A DNA stretch of 64,000 bases, taken from assembly GCA_964639895.1 (NCBI GenBank), contig CAZXEJ010000005.1, positions 734 to 64,733 of the forward strand, written 5' to 3'. The DNA is from an uncultured Spirochaetia bacterium. GTDB taxonomy: Bacteria > Desulfobacterota_D > UBA1144 > Nemesobacterales > JADFKM01. The number at the start of each line of letters is the position of its first letter. Position 1 is the stretch's first letter. Position numbers and translations under genes: made by a program. Positions 52,031 through 61,783 of the stretch are shown here, one piece after another. The notes beneath the pieces were generated by a model. That model was not told where the DNA came from. It saw only the letters and a list, made by a program, of their open reading frames with translations, and made no database searches.

Positions 52031-52256
52031 CGCAACCTCCTGCAAGTAGATGTGACTTGTACGGGGTTTAGACGCATGGAGGAGAGAAGGGGTTACAAGG
52101 CGGCTTGCCCTTCCGCACCCCGGAGCTGTGAAACCACGCCCGGCGCCGGGAACTCGAACGCCTGCGGGCAGCCGTCCGTCCACCACACCTGCCACCCGCT
52201 TTCTGGCCCCTTTCGCCCGGGAACGAAGGCGAAGCCCGCCCCCCCTGCCGCGGGCC

Positions 52257-52694
52257 CTAATCGGCCAACCCCCTGTCCACGGAGAGCATCCCGCCGCCCT
52301 TTATCAGCAGCACCAGCGCCAAGCCCAGCGCGAGAAGGTGAAACTCAAAGCCCTCTCCGCTCTTGGTACCGAACCAGTTCATGAAGAAACCGTTCTTGTA
52401 GTGGATCGTGGTTATGGCCCCGACCATGAGCGCCGCTATCCCCAGCGCACACACCCTGGTGAAGAAGCCCAACAGAAGCCCCAGCGCCCCGAACGACTCG
52501 ACCATGATTACCAGTACGGCTACAAACGACGGCAACCCCAGCTCGACGAAGTGCTTGACGGTGGCGGAAAACCCCCATCCACCGAACAGTCCCAGCAGCT
52601 TCTGCAACCCATGGGGAAGAAACACGGCTCCAAGAAACAGCCTTGCAAGGAGAAGTGAAAGGTCATCGCTCGTCCTCAAGATCGCTCTGAACAT
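52257..52694 (-). CDS. DoxX-family membrane protein
   Basis: ATG at 52694 follows GGAGGGA. The N-terminal region is LLLARLFLGAVFLPHGLQKLLG. It has 4 TM helices. Confidence 0.8.
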   Translation of the reverse strand: MFRAILRTSDDLSLLLARLFLGAVFLPHGLQKLLGLFGGWGFSATVKHFVELGLPSFVAVLVIMVESFGALGLLLGFFTRVCALGIAALMVGAITTIHYKNGFFMNWFGTKSGEGFEFHLLALGLALVLLIKGGGMLSVDRGLAD

Positions 52695-52866
52695 CTCGTT
52701 CCCTCCGGCATACGCATACAAACAGTGTTCGCGCCCCTTATCCCTCCCCCCGGCCTCGAGGTGGAGAGGAAAGGGATCCCCCCGAGCTCACCCCACCCCT
52801 ATGCACATAACTAACACGGCCTGCACCCCGTTTCAAACCCCGCCGTGCACAAGCGACAGCGACGGC

Positions 52867-54489
52867 CTAGGCGAAAAGCGGCACATAGGTACCGCGGTTG
52901 CAGTCGTAGAGCCCCTTGTCGTGGATCTTAAGCTCCGGAATGACGAGCAGCGTAAGGAAGGACATCGTCATGAAGGGGGCTCTCAACGGCGACCCCATCC
53001 GCCCGCACATCTCGTTCAGCCTTCCATAGAGGCAAGCCACCCTCTCGGCAGGGACCTCGGACATCAACCCGGCCACCGGCAACGGGAGGACGAGCTCCTC
53101 GTCCTTGGTGACGGCCGCAAGCCCGCCCTCGGCATCTTCCACCAGAGACAGGGCGCGAACGATGGCCGCATCGTCCACGCCCACGGCGACAACGTTGTGC
53201 GAATCGTGCGCCACGCTCGAGGCTATGGCGCCGCGCCTCAGTCCGAAACCTCTCACGAATCCCACACCCACCGAACCCCTGCCGTAGCGGTTGACCACGC
53301 ACACCTTGCATATGTCACGCTCCGGATCGGCCTGGACGACCCCATCCCGGACCCTGGCCGGGACCAGCTCGCAGCCGGTGACGAGCTCTCCGTCGACCAC
53401 CCTTATGACCCTCAGAGTGGAACCCGAGGCCGGTACTCGAAGGCGTGCACGATCGAGCCCCAGGGGGTGAAAGCGGTTGATTCGTGCACAACCCTCCCGC
53501 GGCAGCAACGATTCGCCCTCCCTGGCCACACACACCCCTCCTACATATACCTCGAGGACGTTCATGCGCCGCAGGTCATCGACCACGATGAAGTCGGCGG
53601 GGTCGCCCACCCGCAGCAACCCCACGCCCAGTCCGTAGTGCTCAACCGGGTTCAACGAAGCGGCCCTAAGCACGTCGAACACATCTACACCGGCCGCCAC
53701 GGCCCTTCGCACCGACTTGTCGATGTGGCCCGCCAGGAGGTCGTCGGGGTGCTTGTCGTCGCTACACAGCATGCACATGGCCGGATGGCTCTTGAGCAGA
53801 GGCAGCAAGGCCTGGAGGTTCCTTGCGGCCGACCCTTCTCGTATCTGTATCTTCATGCCGAGCCCTATCTTCTCAACGGCTTCCTCAAAGGACGCGCACT
53901 CGTGGTCGGTAGTTATGCCCGTTTCGACGTACCGCCGCAGAGCCTCGCCGCGGAGGCCCGGGGCGTGGCCGTCGACCCTCTTACCCCTGTCCAAGGCCGA
54001 CCTTATCTTGCGCAACGGCTGCGACCGGCCCCGCACGACAGAGACGTAGTCCATCACCTCTCCGAGGGCCACGACCGAGGGCTCGGCAAGTAGAAGGTCC
54101 ACATCCTCCGCATCCAGCCTCGCCCCCGGGGTGTCTACCTCCGTGGCCGGAACGCATGAGGGAGCGGCGAAGTAGAACCGGTAGGGAACACGTCGTGCCT
54201 CGTCCATCATGTATCGCACGCCCTCGAGACCGAGGACGTTGGCTACCTCATGGGGATCGCATACGGCGGCCGCCGTACCGTGGATGAGGGAGATTCGTGC
54301 GAACTCGGCGGGGGGCAGCATGGAACTCTCGACGTGTACGTGGGAATCGACGAAGGGAGGCAGGATGTAGCGGTCGGAGGAGACGTGATCCGCCCTTACG
54401 GACACTATTCTTCCGTACTCGAACTCGACGACGCCACGGACCACATCGCCCGAGGCTACGTCCACTATGTTGCCCTCGATTCTGCCCAT
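52867..54489 (-). CDS. ade: adenine deaminase
   Basis: Motifs are ILPPFVDSHVHVESSMLPP and DPHEVANV. Length is 540 aa. Confidence 0.85.
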   Translation of the reverse strand: MGRIEGNIVDVASGDVVRGVVEFEYGRIVSVRADHVSSDRYILPPFVDSHVHVESSMLPPAEFARISLIHGTAAAVCDPHEVANVLGLEGVRYMMDEARRVPYRFYFAAPSCVPATEVDTPGARLDAEDVDLLLAEPSVVALGEVMDYVSVVRGRSQPLRKIRSALDRGKRVDGHAPGLRGEALRRYVETGITTDHECASFEEAVEKIGLGMKIQIREGSAARNLQALLPLLKSHPAMCMLCSDDKHPDDLLAGHIDKSVRRAVAAGVDVFDVLRAASLNPVEHYGLGVGLLRVGDPADFIVVDDLRRMNVLEVYVGGVCVAREGESLLPREGCARINRFHPLGLDRARLRVPASGSTLRVIRVVDGELVTGCELVPARVRDGVVQADPERDICKVCVVNRYGRGSVGVGFVRGFGLRRGAIASSVAHDSHNVVAVGVDDAAIVRALSLVEDAEGGLAAVTKDEELVLPLPVAGLMSEVPAERVACLYGRLNEMCGRMGSPLRAPFMTMSFLTLLVIPELKIHDKGLYDCNRGTYVPLFA

Positions 54490-55634
54490 CTCCCCTCGCG
54501 TTGAGCGGCAAAGAGAAACATCCCCCCCTGGACCACTCGGAAACCGCCGAGGAACTCCAAGTGGGCGCTCCCCTCCTCTCTAAGGTCTAAGATACACTAC
54601 GGCGCAAGAAGCCCAAAGCCCGCCGAGGTCTCCGCTCGCCCACCATACGCATGGGGGGCGGAAGCGTGGAGGTGCACCCAGCGAGGATGGACCCACGGGA
54701 GAAAGGCGTCTTCGCTCGACGAGGATCGGTAAGGGGAGGTGTGGGCGGCGGCGGGCGGAAGTGCTTCAATCCGCCTGCAAGGGCGGGGGCAGGGACGAGG
54801 CAAAGGGCGCGGGCCGACCAGTACCCGTTCCATGAGAGAGAGAAACGCACGGCTATGCAGGAAATCAGTCGGCACGACGACGATAGAGAAACCTAAACAA
54901 CGTGCAAGCCCCTCCGGCGAGACGAGCTGCACCGTGATGACCCCCCTGGTCTCGGGGGCCGGGCACCATCGCCTCCTTGCGACTTCCACCGACCCGTGCC
55001 GGTGCGACGCACCCAAACCGGTCTCCACCCTTCCTTCGGGCACCACCGGGTTCCGGCACAACATAACACAACATAAGGAAACGGCACCAAGAGATTTGCA
55101 ATCCACACACGTGCAGCCGCCGATGGCAAAGAGGCGGAAAGGGCCGCCGGGGGTGGGACTCTCACAACCACACGCACGTGGAGCTCGAAGCTCGGGGGGG
55201 TGCGGCGGCACGCCCTGAAAGAGGAGATACGTCCCACCCGTCGTGGGTACATGCGGCGCTCATGGCTTCAAGGGCACGGATGCGATCGGTGGAAGAGGGG
55301 GAAACGGCCGCACACTCACAATGAGGCGAGACTCCACCCAGAGGGGTTGCGCCAGACCACCCATGCCGGCGCGGCGGTCGGTGGGTGCGGAAAAGAGAGC
55401 GGCTGCATCCCTTCACCCCGCGGCGGCGCATGCCGCGGCGCACGAGGTGCGACGTTCCCCGCCCACGGGTGCCATACCGTTGTATGCGGCACCGGCAACC
55501 CGGTTCGGCACTCGTAAGCCGTGACGCCTAGCCCTTGGAATGACGGCGGCACTGCCGCGCCCCACATCTGAGTTGGCCGCCCATCGCAGCACGCCGGGGG
55601 GGCTCCGCTGTCAAGGACCGCCCGCAGAAGGGGG

Positions 55635-56519
55635 TTGAGAAAGGAAGCCCCTTACGGAACAATAGTTCGGGTAGTGAACCTTTCTCTTAGCCGACCGTTC
55701 GTGGCCGCTCTACTCGTCTCGGTCGTCCTCGCCGCAGCATCGGGCTGCGTCTACACGCGCCTGCTCGAGACCAAGCGGCAGCTGTCACACTTTGACGAAT
55801 ATTTCACCCTGGGCGGAGGACCGTCGCTCACGATTCTTTTCAAGAAGCCCGTCCTGCTCGAGAGTGACGTAGTGTGGATAACCAAGGCCGGGCCCACGAG
55901 CCGGACCGAGTCCGAGGGAGGGACCGTCTCCATATACCGATACGTAAAGCGGTACAGGGACGAGCGGGTTGGCAAAGCCGAACGTGGTCGCTACGACATA
56001 ACCGTGAGAATGGTGTTCGTCGAACGACGGCTCAAGGAAGTGAGTTTCCCCCCCAGGTTCCGAAAGGCCGTCTCAACACTGTTTCTGGCCGCCATGTTCA
56101 ATTCCCTCGGGGAGGCGAAGGTAAAGAAGCTCTCGAAGTCGGCCGAATCCGCCCTCCCCGCATCGGCCGCCTACCGCATCCCCACGCGGCGCGACATAGT
56201 GTGGTTGCTCGGCCGTCCCTACGGCGAGCGGCGCCGCAAGGGCGAGATCGAGTTGCTCTACGCCTACGACGTAGAGGGCTCACCTCCTACGTCGTCCCCC
56301 GCGGGCGGTGATTCCCACCACCTGGAGCTGGCCTTTACCGTTGCCGAGGAAGGCGACAAGATCACGAGGGCCAGGCTCAAGATAGGCGGATTCAAGCTCG
56401 ACATCGCCTTCCCACGGCGGTCGGCGGCGATCGAAGGCACATTGCGGGAACGGGCCCCCAATGCTTCTCTCAATAGGCAGCCCGCCTCCACCTCGTCCCG
56501 ACCACGCCGTTCCCGTTGA
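55635..56519 (+). CDS. hypothetical lipoprotein
   Basis: The lipobox is VLAAASGC. The start is uncertain: TTG 55635 or GTG 55674. The C-terminal tail is basic and low-complexity. No family was recognised. Confidence 0.6.
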   Translation: MRKEAPYGTIVRVVNLSLSRPFVAALLVSVVLAAASGCVYTRLLETKRQLSHFDEYFTLGGGPSLTILFKKPVLLESDVVWITKAGPTSRTESEGGTVSIYRYVKRYRDERVGKAERGRYDITVRMVFVERRLKEVSFPPRFRKAVSTLFLAAMFNSLGEAKVKKLSKSAESALPASAAYRIPTRRDIVWLLGRPYGERRRKGEIELLYAYDVEGSPPTSSPAGGDSHHLELAFTVAEEGDKITRARLKIGGFKLDIAFPRRSAAIEGTLRERAPNASLNRQPASTSSRPRRSR

Positions 56520-56544
56520 GGATACCTCATAGACGACCCTCTCC

Positions 56545-56598
56545 CGCTCCACGGGGCTCTCCGGAGACCGCCTGCTTCCTGTGTGGAGCGCCTTTTTT
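56545..56598 (+). terminator. candidate intrinsic terminator
   Basis: CGCTCCAC (56545-56552) pairs with GTGGAGCG (56583-56590) around an inner CTCCGGAG palindrome. CCTTTTTT follows. Confidence 0.4.
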
Positions 56599-56682
56599 CG
56601 CAATTGCGCAGCTGGCCGTTTCCCAACTACGCCTGGTTTGGTAAACTAGATTGCAAACAGTCCGCGGGGGGAGGTCGACCCC

Positions 56683-57225
56683 ATGAAAGAGATCGACAAA
56701 ATCGAGACGGACCTCGAAGAGATCGCAGCCACCACGGCCCTCTTCTTGAACGAGCGTGACGACGCCAGGCTCGATCAACTGAGGGAGTGGCTGGATAGAT
56801 TGGAAACGGACGTCTCGGACCTGCTGAGCAGCTGTTCCCCCACCCTCTCGGAAAAGCACAGGCTCCTTCTTCCATTGGTCGCCAAGATCATCCTCAAGCT
56901 CAAAGACACGCTCGTACTCATGGAGTCCATAAAGGACGAGAAGCCCGTATGCGTTGACCTCGATCTACCCCTTATGACGGAGATACTCATCAGGAACCTC
57001 AAGCGCCTGCTCGAGCTCATGGTGGAAGGGAAAGCCGTGGACAAGGAGCAGGTGAACGCCGACCTCCAGCAGATTGAGTGCCTGCAGGATCAGCACACGC
57101 GGGTACTGATAACCTATCTCATGCAGAACTGGCGGGGGATCAAGGAAGTCATGCAGCTTATGAAGATCGCAGAGCAGTATAAGACAGCCTGTCAGGAGCT
57201 GGCCGACCTCTATTCGCTGCTCTGA
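56683..57225 (+). CDS. hypothetical all-helical protein
   Basis: ATG at 56683 follows GGGAGG. 180 aa, rich in L/E/K/D, with no TM helix. GC is visibly lower than in neighbouring genes. Confidence 0.65.
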   Translation: MKEIDKIETDLEEIAATTALFLNERDDARLDQLREWLDRLETDVSDLLSSCSPTLSEKHRLLLPLVAKIILKLKDTLVLMESIKDEKPVCVDLDLPLMTEILIRNLKRLLELMVEGKAVDKEQVNADLQQIECLQDQHTRVLITYLMQNWRGIKEVMQLMKIAEQYKTACQELADLYSLL

Positions 57226-57376
57226 GTACGGTCGCTCACCCACGCCTGGGCCGCCCCCACCCAGCCGCCCCACATCGGGCCGAACCCTGAGCCGCACGCT
57301 TCCTCTACCGCTCCGGTGTGTCACTTACACACCGCCCCCCTTTGGCCGCAGCGCCGCACAAGCGCTCCACAGGCGT

Positions 57377-57405
57377 TTGGACATAACCTTCTCATATGAT
57401 ATATG
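57377..57405 (+). promoter_or_regulatory. sigma70 promoter with extended -10
   Basis: TTGGAC (57377-57382), a 17-nt spacer, then TGaTATATG (the -10 is at 57400-57405). Confidence 0.5.
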
Positions 57406-57519
57406 TGTATTTGTACCAATCATGCCCCACCGGCGGCCTACACCACCAGAGGCGGTCCAAAGCGCAAGGGGCGCACGTGGGTGGAGATGCGTCATCCCCA
57501 CACCACGGAGGGTCGAGGC

Positions 57520-57792
57520 ATGGATGGAAAGAAACGGCTGAGCCTCGATGAGAAAAGGATCCAAAAAGAGCTCGAAACCGTAAAACGCGAGCTCGAGGAA
57601 CTCAAGAGCAAGCTCGAGACACGCGAAGCGGCCGAGATAGGACAGTTGCCGTTCAAGGCGCTCGAGAAGGCGGGAGAACGGACGGCGGAGATGGTAAAGA
57701 CGGCTACTTCGATCATGGACAAGGCTCTGAAGGTGGCAAACCTTGCCGCCAACGTACTGCGCGAAGAAAGGGAGAAGAAAGAAACCGAATAG
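57520..57792 (+). CDS. hypothetical small coiled-coil protein (90 aa)
   Basis: ATG at 57520 follows GGAGGG. Composition is K/E/L/A-rich. The track ORF start at 57403 precedes the predicted transcription start. Confidence 0.6.
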   Translation: MDGKKRLSLDEKRIQKELETVKRELEELKSKLETREAAEIGQLPFKALEKAGERTAEMVKTATSIMDKALKVANLAANVLREEREKKETE

Positions 57793-58160
57793 CGTGCGCG
57801 TAAGCCAGCTACCTCCCACACCGGCCCCGAACCAGCTACCCCCCCACGCCGTAGCAACCGCCCGTCCACCGAGGGCCGAGCCGAACGGCAACGTAGGCGA
57901 TCAAGAAGGCGGCTGCCCCTACTCGGAAACAACCCTCAAACCAGGATGCGGACGGGTACGGCCGCATAGAAGGTGCCGCCCGCCGCAATCCCCCCCTCAT
58001 GAAGGGGGGGCTCCGTCGAAGAAAGCGTTCACCACCACCCCAATGTCGAGCCAGACCCCAGCAGAGCGTCGGTAGGGCACGGCCGCCCACCACCTTACCA
58101 CGACCACCGTAGTAATACAGCACACTATACGCTACACCGATAAATTCTCCACAAAAACAC

Positions 58161-58189
58161 TTGACACTGTGCGTATAACATGATATATA
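58161..58189 (+). promoter_or_regulatory. near-consensus sigma70 promoter with extended -10
   Basis: TTGACA (58161-58166), a 17-nt spacer, then TGaTATATA (the -10 is at 58184-58189). It is embedded in the palindrome ATGATATATATCAT at 58180-58193. TAAGGAG and GTG 58217 follow. Confidence 0.6.
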
Positions 58190-58567
58190 TCATATCAACT
58201 GATAAGGAGTGGCTCCGTGGTTACTCTTCTAGACTGCCGTACAGCCGCGCTCGCCCTTCTCGCAGCTCTGTTCACGGCCGACCGGCGCGGGAACACTACA
58301 CGGGAGCGCCCGAAGCAGCTCACCCTGAGCCTAACCCTCCCGCTCCTAACAACCCCATTGCCGGTCAAAACGGCAGTTGCGGCATTGACCCTCCACATCT
58401 TGCCCTCCTCCCCGCCTGGAACGCCACCGCCGTCGAGCCGGGTCCGCGGTCTTAACACCATATGGCTCGAGCAGGACGGCGGACGAGGTTTCCTACCCGC
58501 GATAGACGCAGGTCGCTCAAGACCTCGGCCGCGGGGGGAGGCCTACGGCCGGAGAAGACACCGCACG

Positions 58568-59071
58568 TCAGTAGTGGGCGATATCCTGGGATTCCCCCGT
58601 CACGGAGCGCTTGTACCACTCCAGCCCTTCGACGGCCGTGACACTGCCTTCCCACTTTCTGATACCGAGCTGCTCCCTCATATCGGCCGCAATGTCTTGC
58701 CAACGCTTGTAGAGGGGTTCGATCTTACGGCGCGCGCTCCGGTCGTCGCCCCCCCTCTCGAGGCGCCTCACCTCCTTAAGGAACTGGATGCAGTCTTCGT
58801 AGAGGGCCTCCGGTATGAGCAGCCTCTGGTTCTGGAGGAAGTACTGGAGGTGGATGATCTTCTCTTCGAGCTCGTCGAAGTCACGGGTTTCGAGGCTTTC
58901 GTAGCAGGTCCCGATGAGCTCCCAGAACCTGAAGGCGAGCTGCTTGTAGAGCTGGAGCCTCTCCTTGTAGAGGATCTCCTTTATGGCGTCGGAGCTCAGC
59001 AGGCGGGATATGGCAAATCCTACGACGCCGCCTATTATGAAGAACACGCCTGCAACGAGGGCTCCGAGCAT
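58568..59071 (-). CDS. hypothetical protein with N-terminal membrane anchor
   Basis: The TM helix is MLGALVAGVFFIIGGVVGFAI, followed by a helical soluble part with balanced composition. An alternative TTG start lies at 59137. Confidence 0.6.
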   Translation of the reverse strand: MLGALVAGVFFIIGGVVGFAISRLLSSDAIKEILYKERLQLYKQLAFRFWELIGTCYESLETRDFDELEEKIIHLQYFLQNQRLLIPEALYEDCIQFLKEVRRLERGGDDRSARRKIEPLYKRWQDIAADMREQLGIRKWEGSVTAVEGLEWYKRSVTGESQDIAHY

Positions 59072-59178
59072 GAGGCAATCACCCGATCGGCAAAGGAATC
59101 GAAGATAGAGGATAGATTGTTCGGACGAAAAAATCAATCGCCCGGCTAACGAAAATCACGTTGCAAAGGAGGTATGTA

Positions 59179-59682
59179 ATGAGCCGTACTATCCCAACAC
59201 CCCGCCGCAACGGCACCCCCCTCTCGGTCGGACAACGCCGCATGCCGGAAGAGGTCGTAAGAGTGGAGACGGCCGACGACGGTGAGTACGTGATCGATAC
59301 ATTGCTCGCACGCACTATCATCCGCGGCCACGAGAGCTGGCTGTGGCGCGAGCGGTACGCCGAAGAGTTGGAGCATGCAGTACGCAAGGTGACGGCGATG
59401 GCAAAGAAATGGCTCCCCTCCGGGAAGGGTTGGGTAAGGTTCCAGGCGGGCAACGTTGTGTGCGAGGTCAAGGTGGACGAGCGGTTGTTCATCGAGCCAC
59501 GCAACGCCATCCGGCTGCACGAGATCCTTGGCACACGGTTCAAAGACCTGGTGTTCGAGGAACGGACGTTCACCCCGACGATAAAGCTAACTGCGATGGC
59601 CGAGCGGGACGAGGCGATCGGCCGACTGATCACGCGCGTACATGCATCGCCGGCGGTCACGTTCGAGTCCCGCAGGCGATGA
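59179..59682 (+). CDS. hypothetical protein, possibly phage Mu Gam-like (DNA-end binding)
   Basis: ATG at 59179 has AAGGAGG 6 nt upstream. At 167 aa it is similar in size to Mu Gam. The segment KGWVRFQAGNVVCEVKVDERLFIE..ILGTRFKDLVFEERTFTPTIKLTAM resembles the Gam core as I remember it. Confidence 0.55.
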   Translation: MSRTIPTPRRNGTPLSVGQRRMPEEVVRVETADDGEYVIDTLLARTIIRGHESWLWRERYAEELEHAVRKVTAMAKKWLPSGKGWVRFQAGNVVCEVKVDERLFIEPRNAIRLHEILGTRFKDLVFEERTFTPTIKLTAMAERDEAIGRLITRVHASPAVTFESRRR

Positions 59683-59764
59683 GACTGCTCCCCCTGCAGC
59701 CGTACACCGCCGCGCGCAGTTCGTCGAAAATAGGCCTACACCAAACTCATGGACCACACACGAC

Positions 59765-60115
59765 ATGGGAAGAAAACAGAAGCTCGACTGGTTGAGCGAA
59801 ATCGAGATAGAAGACCTCCTCGAGAAAGACACCGCCCTGATAGCCAACAAGGTCGGCCTGGACGTGTTGATCAAGCTCTGGGAGTACCTGCCGTCCTTCA
59901 ACCTTTACATATCAACCATTCCCATTACGAAGGCCAAGATGAGGTATATCGAACGGTTCTACGACGGCGGGAACGCAAAGCAGATAGCCACCAGGCTGGG
60001 TATCTCGGAACGAACCTTCTACAGGTTGCTCTCGACCCTGAGGAAGGAACGCCGGACGAGAAGGAACGCCCGCCGCGAGGGGAGACGCCCCACGTCGAGA
60101 AAACGCGCAGAGTAG
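59765..60115 (+). CDS. Mor-family transcriptional activator-like protein
   Basis: LDVLIKLWEYLPSFNLYISTIP..MRYIERFYDGGNAKQIATRLGISERTFYRLL aligns by eye with Mu Mor (LEIVVAICKHLGGGQVYIPRG..IRDLRIWNDFNGRNVSELTTRYGVTFNTVYKAI). The C-terminal tail is basic. Confidence 0.6.
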   Translation: MGRKQKLDWLSEIEIEDLLEKDTALIANKVGLDVLIKLWEYLPSFNLYISTIPITKAKMRYIERFYDGGNAKQIATRLGISERTFYRLLSTLRKERRTRRNARREGRRPTSRKRAE

Positions 60116-61013
60116 ACTCGAAGACGTCCCGAAGCAGTAAGCCCCTCTAGAGGCGCCCGCAAGGGGACTGACCCGGCAGAGCTCGTGCGTGCCCTGTTCT
60201 CCTCCGTAGCCAACCGCTTCGTTGCGTTCGGTCCGCCCTCAGGAGGTGATGAAGCCCCAATCCTCCCGAGTGGGGAAGTAGCACATGCAACCGAGGCTTC
60301 CTGGGGTTTCACGCCGCCCCCATTTCTTGGGCTGGGGACAAGATGGTCAAGGTGCAACGGCATCGCACTCGCCTTCCACGATCGCCGCGGGGGGCGAAGG
60401 CGTAGGGGGATATGTACTTGGACACGCCGCGTCCATCTAAGCGAGGGCCGCGTCAGCCCGTCTGAGAGAGGAGGGCATATACTTGACCACTTACCGTCCC
60501 CACCCCCCAGCCGGCGGAGGGTATAGGGCGGAAGAATCGGCACCCACCGGATCAGCCGGCACCACACGTCCGGCCAATGTGGATGGGCTGTCAAGCGGGG
60601 CGCCCTTCAACGCACCCTGAGAATTCCATCCCCTTACTTCGTAGTTGAACGGCACTTCACGGAACGGGTTGAGGGTGCCATAGACATAACTCGCCAGCCC
60701 ACGGCGAGGGTCATCGCCCCGATACTCTCTTCCCTTAACCCCCTTCTCCACCCAGGAGGGACGGAATAGGAAATCGAGGTGCCCCAGGCGGCCGCAGGCG
60801 AGCAAAGAGGGGACTTTAGGCCCCACCAGCGGCATTCACTACTCGGCCTGCGGCTCGATTCATCCTCGCAGCAGAACGGGAGGGCGCTCGATGGACGACC
60901 TATAAAGGGGTTGCACAGGAGGCGGCGAGTGGATACCATCATAGGCGTCGGCTCCACGAATCCAGAGCCGCGCACTCGCGAGCGGAGAAACTCTTTCCAG
61001 GAGGCTCCCCCAA

Positions 61014-61529
61014 ATGAATGCCGCGCATCTGCATCTCATAACCAACCACATACCCATAGTTGGAATGCCGGCGGCCTTACTCGTAGTGGTGATAGGTCAT
61101 CTGCTTCGGGACACCAGGGTGAGGAACGTGGGTTTCTTCCTCGCCGTCCTGTTCGCGCTAGCATCAATAGCCGTGTACCTATCGGGGGAGGGGGCCGAAG
61201 AGATCGTGGAGAAGGTTGCCGCCGTGAGCGAGAAGGCTATAGAATCTCACGAGGAGGCCGCCGAGAGTGCTTTCGTCGTAGTACTGGTAACGGGTGGACT
61301 GGCACTGCTGGCGCTCATCGCCTCCGCTCTGAGGGCCCGGCTTGCAGGACTACTTGCGGCTTTGGCGACAGCGGGCCTGGTGGTGAGCACGGCCCTTCTC
61401 GTTTGGACGGCCAATCTGGGCGGCAAGATAAGGCACCCCGAGATACAAAACGCCGCAGGCGTAACGGCACCCGCCGTGGACGAGGGCGGCCTTCTTCCCT
61501 CACCGGAGGGATCGGGAGACGAGGACTAA
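61014..61529 (+). CDS. hypothetical membrane protein (4 TM helices)
   Basis: ATG at 61014 follows CAGGAGG. The N-terminus HLHLITNHIPIVGMPAALLVV is reminiscent of DUF2231-type proteins. Confidence 0.6.
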   Translation: MNAAHLHLITNHIPIVGMPAALLVVVIGHLLRDTRVRNVGFFLAVLFALASIAVYLSGEGAEEIVEKVAAVSEKAIESHEEAAESAFVVVLVTGGLALLALIASALRARLAGLLAALATAGLVVSTALLVWTANLGGKIRHPEIQNAAGVTAPAVDEGGLLPSPEGSGDED

Positions 61530-61783
61530 ACGACTTGAGAAAACCCACTCCGGGCGCCACGCTGCGCCGCACGCAGTAGACGAAGGGGAGCGATCTCTTG
61601 AAATGCTGGCACCCCCCATGGCCGGGCAGTCCTCCCATCCACACGCGCGACGTGTACGTCCTGGAGGAGGTCGTTTCATTCCCGAAGGTGCGGCCTCCTC
61701 GAACGAATCAACTCCCTTGACTACGACACCTTTTCAAACAATCCTTTTAAGTACGACCGGCACCCACCCGACAGTGAAACCGC

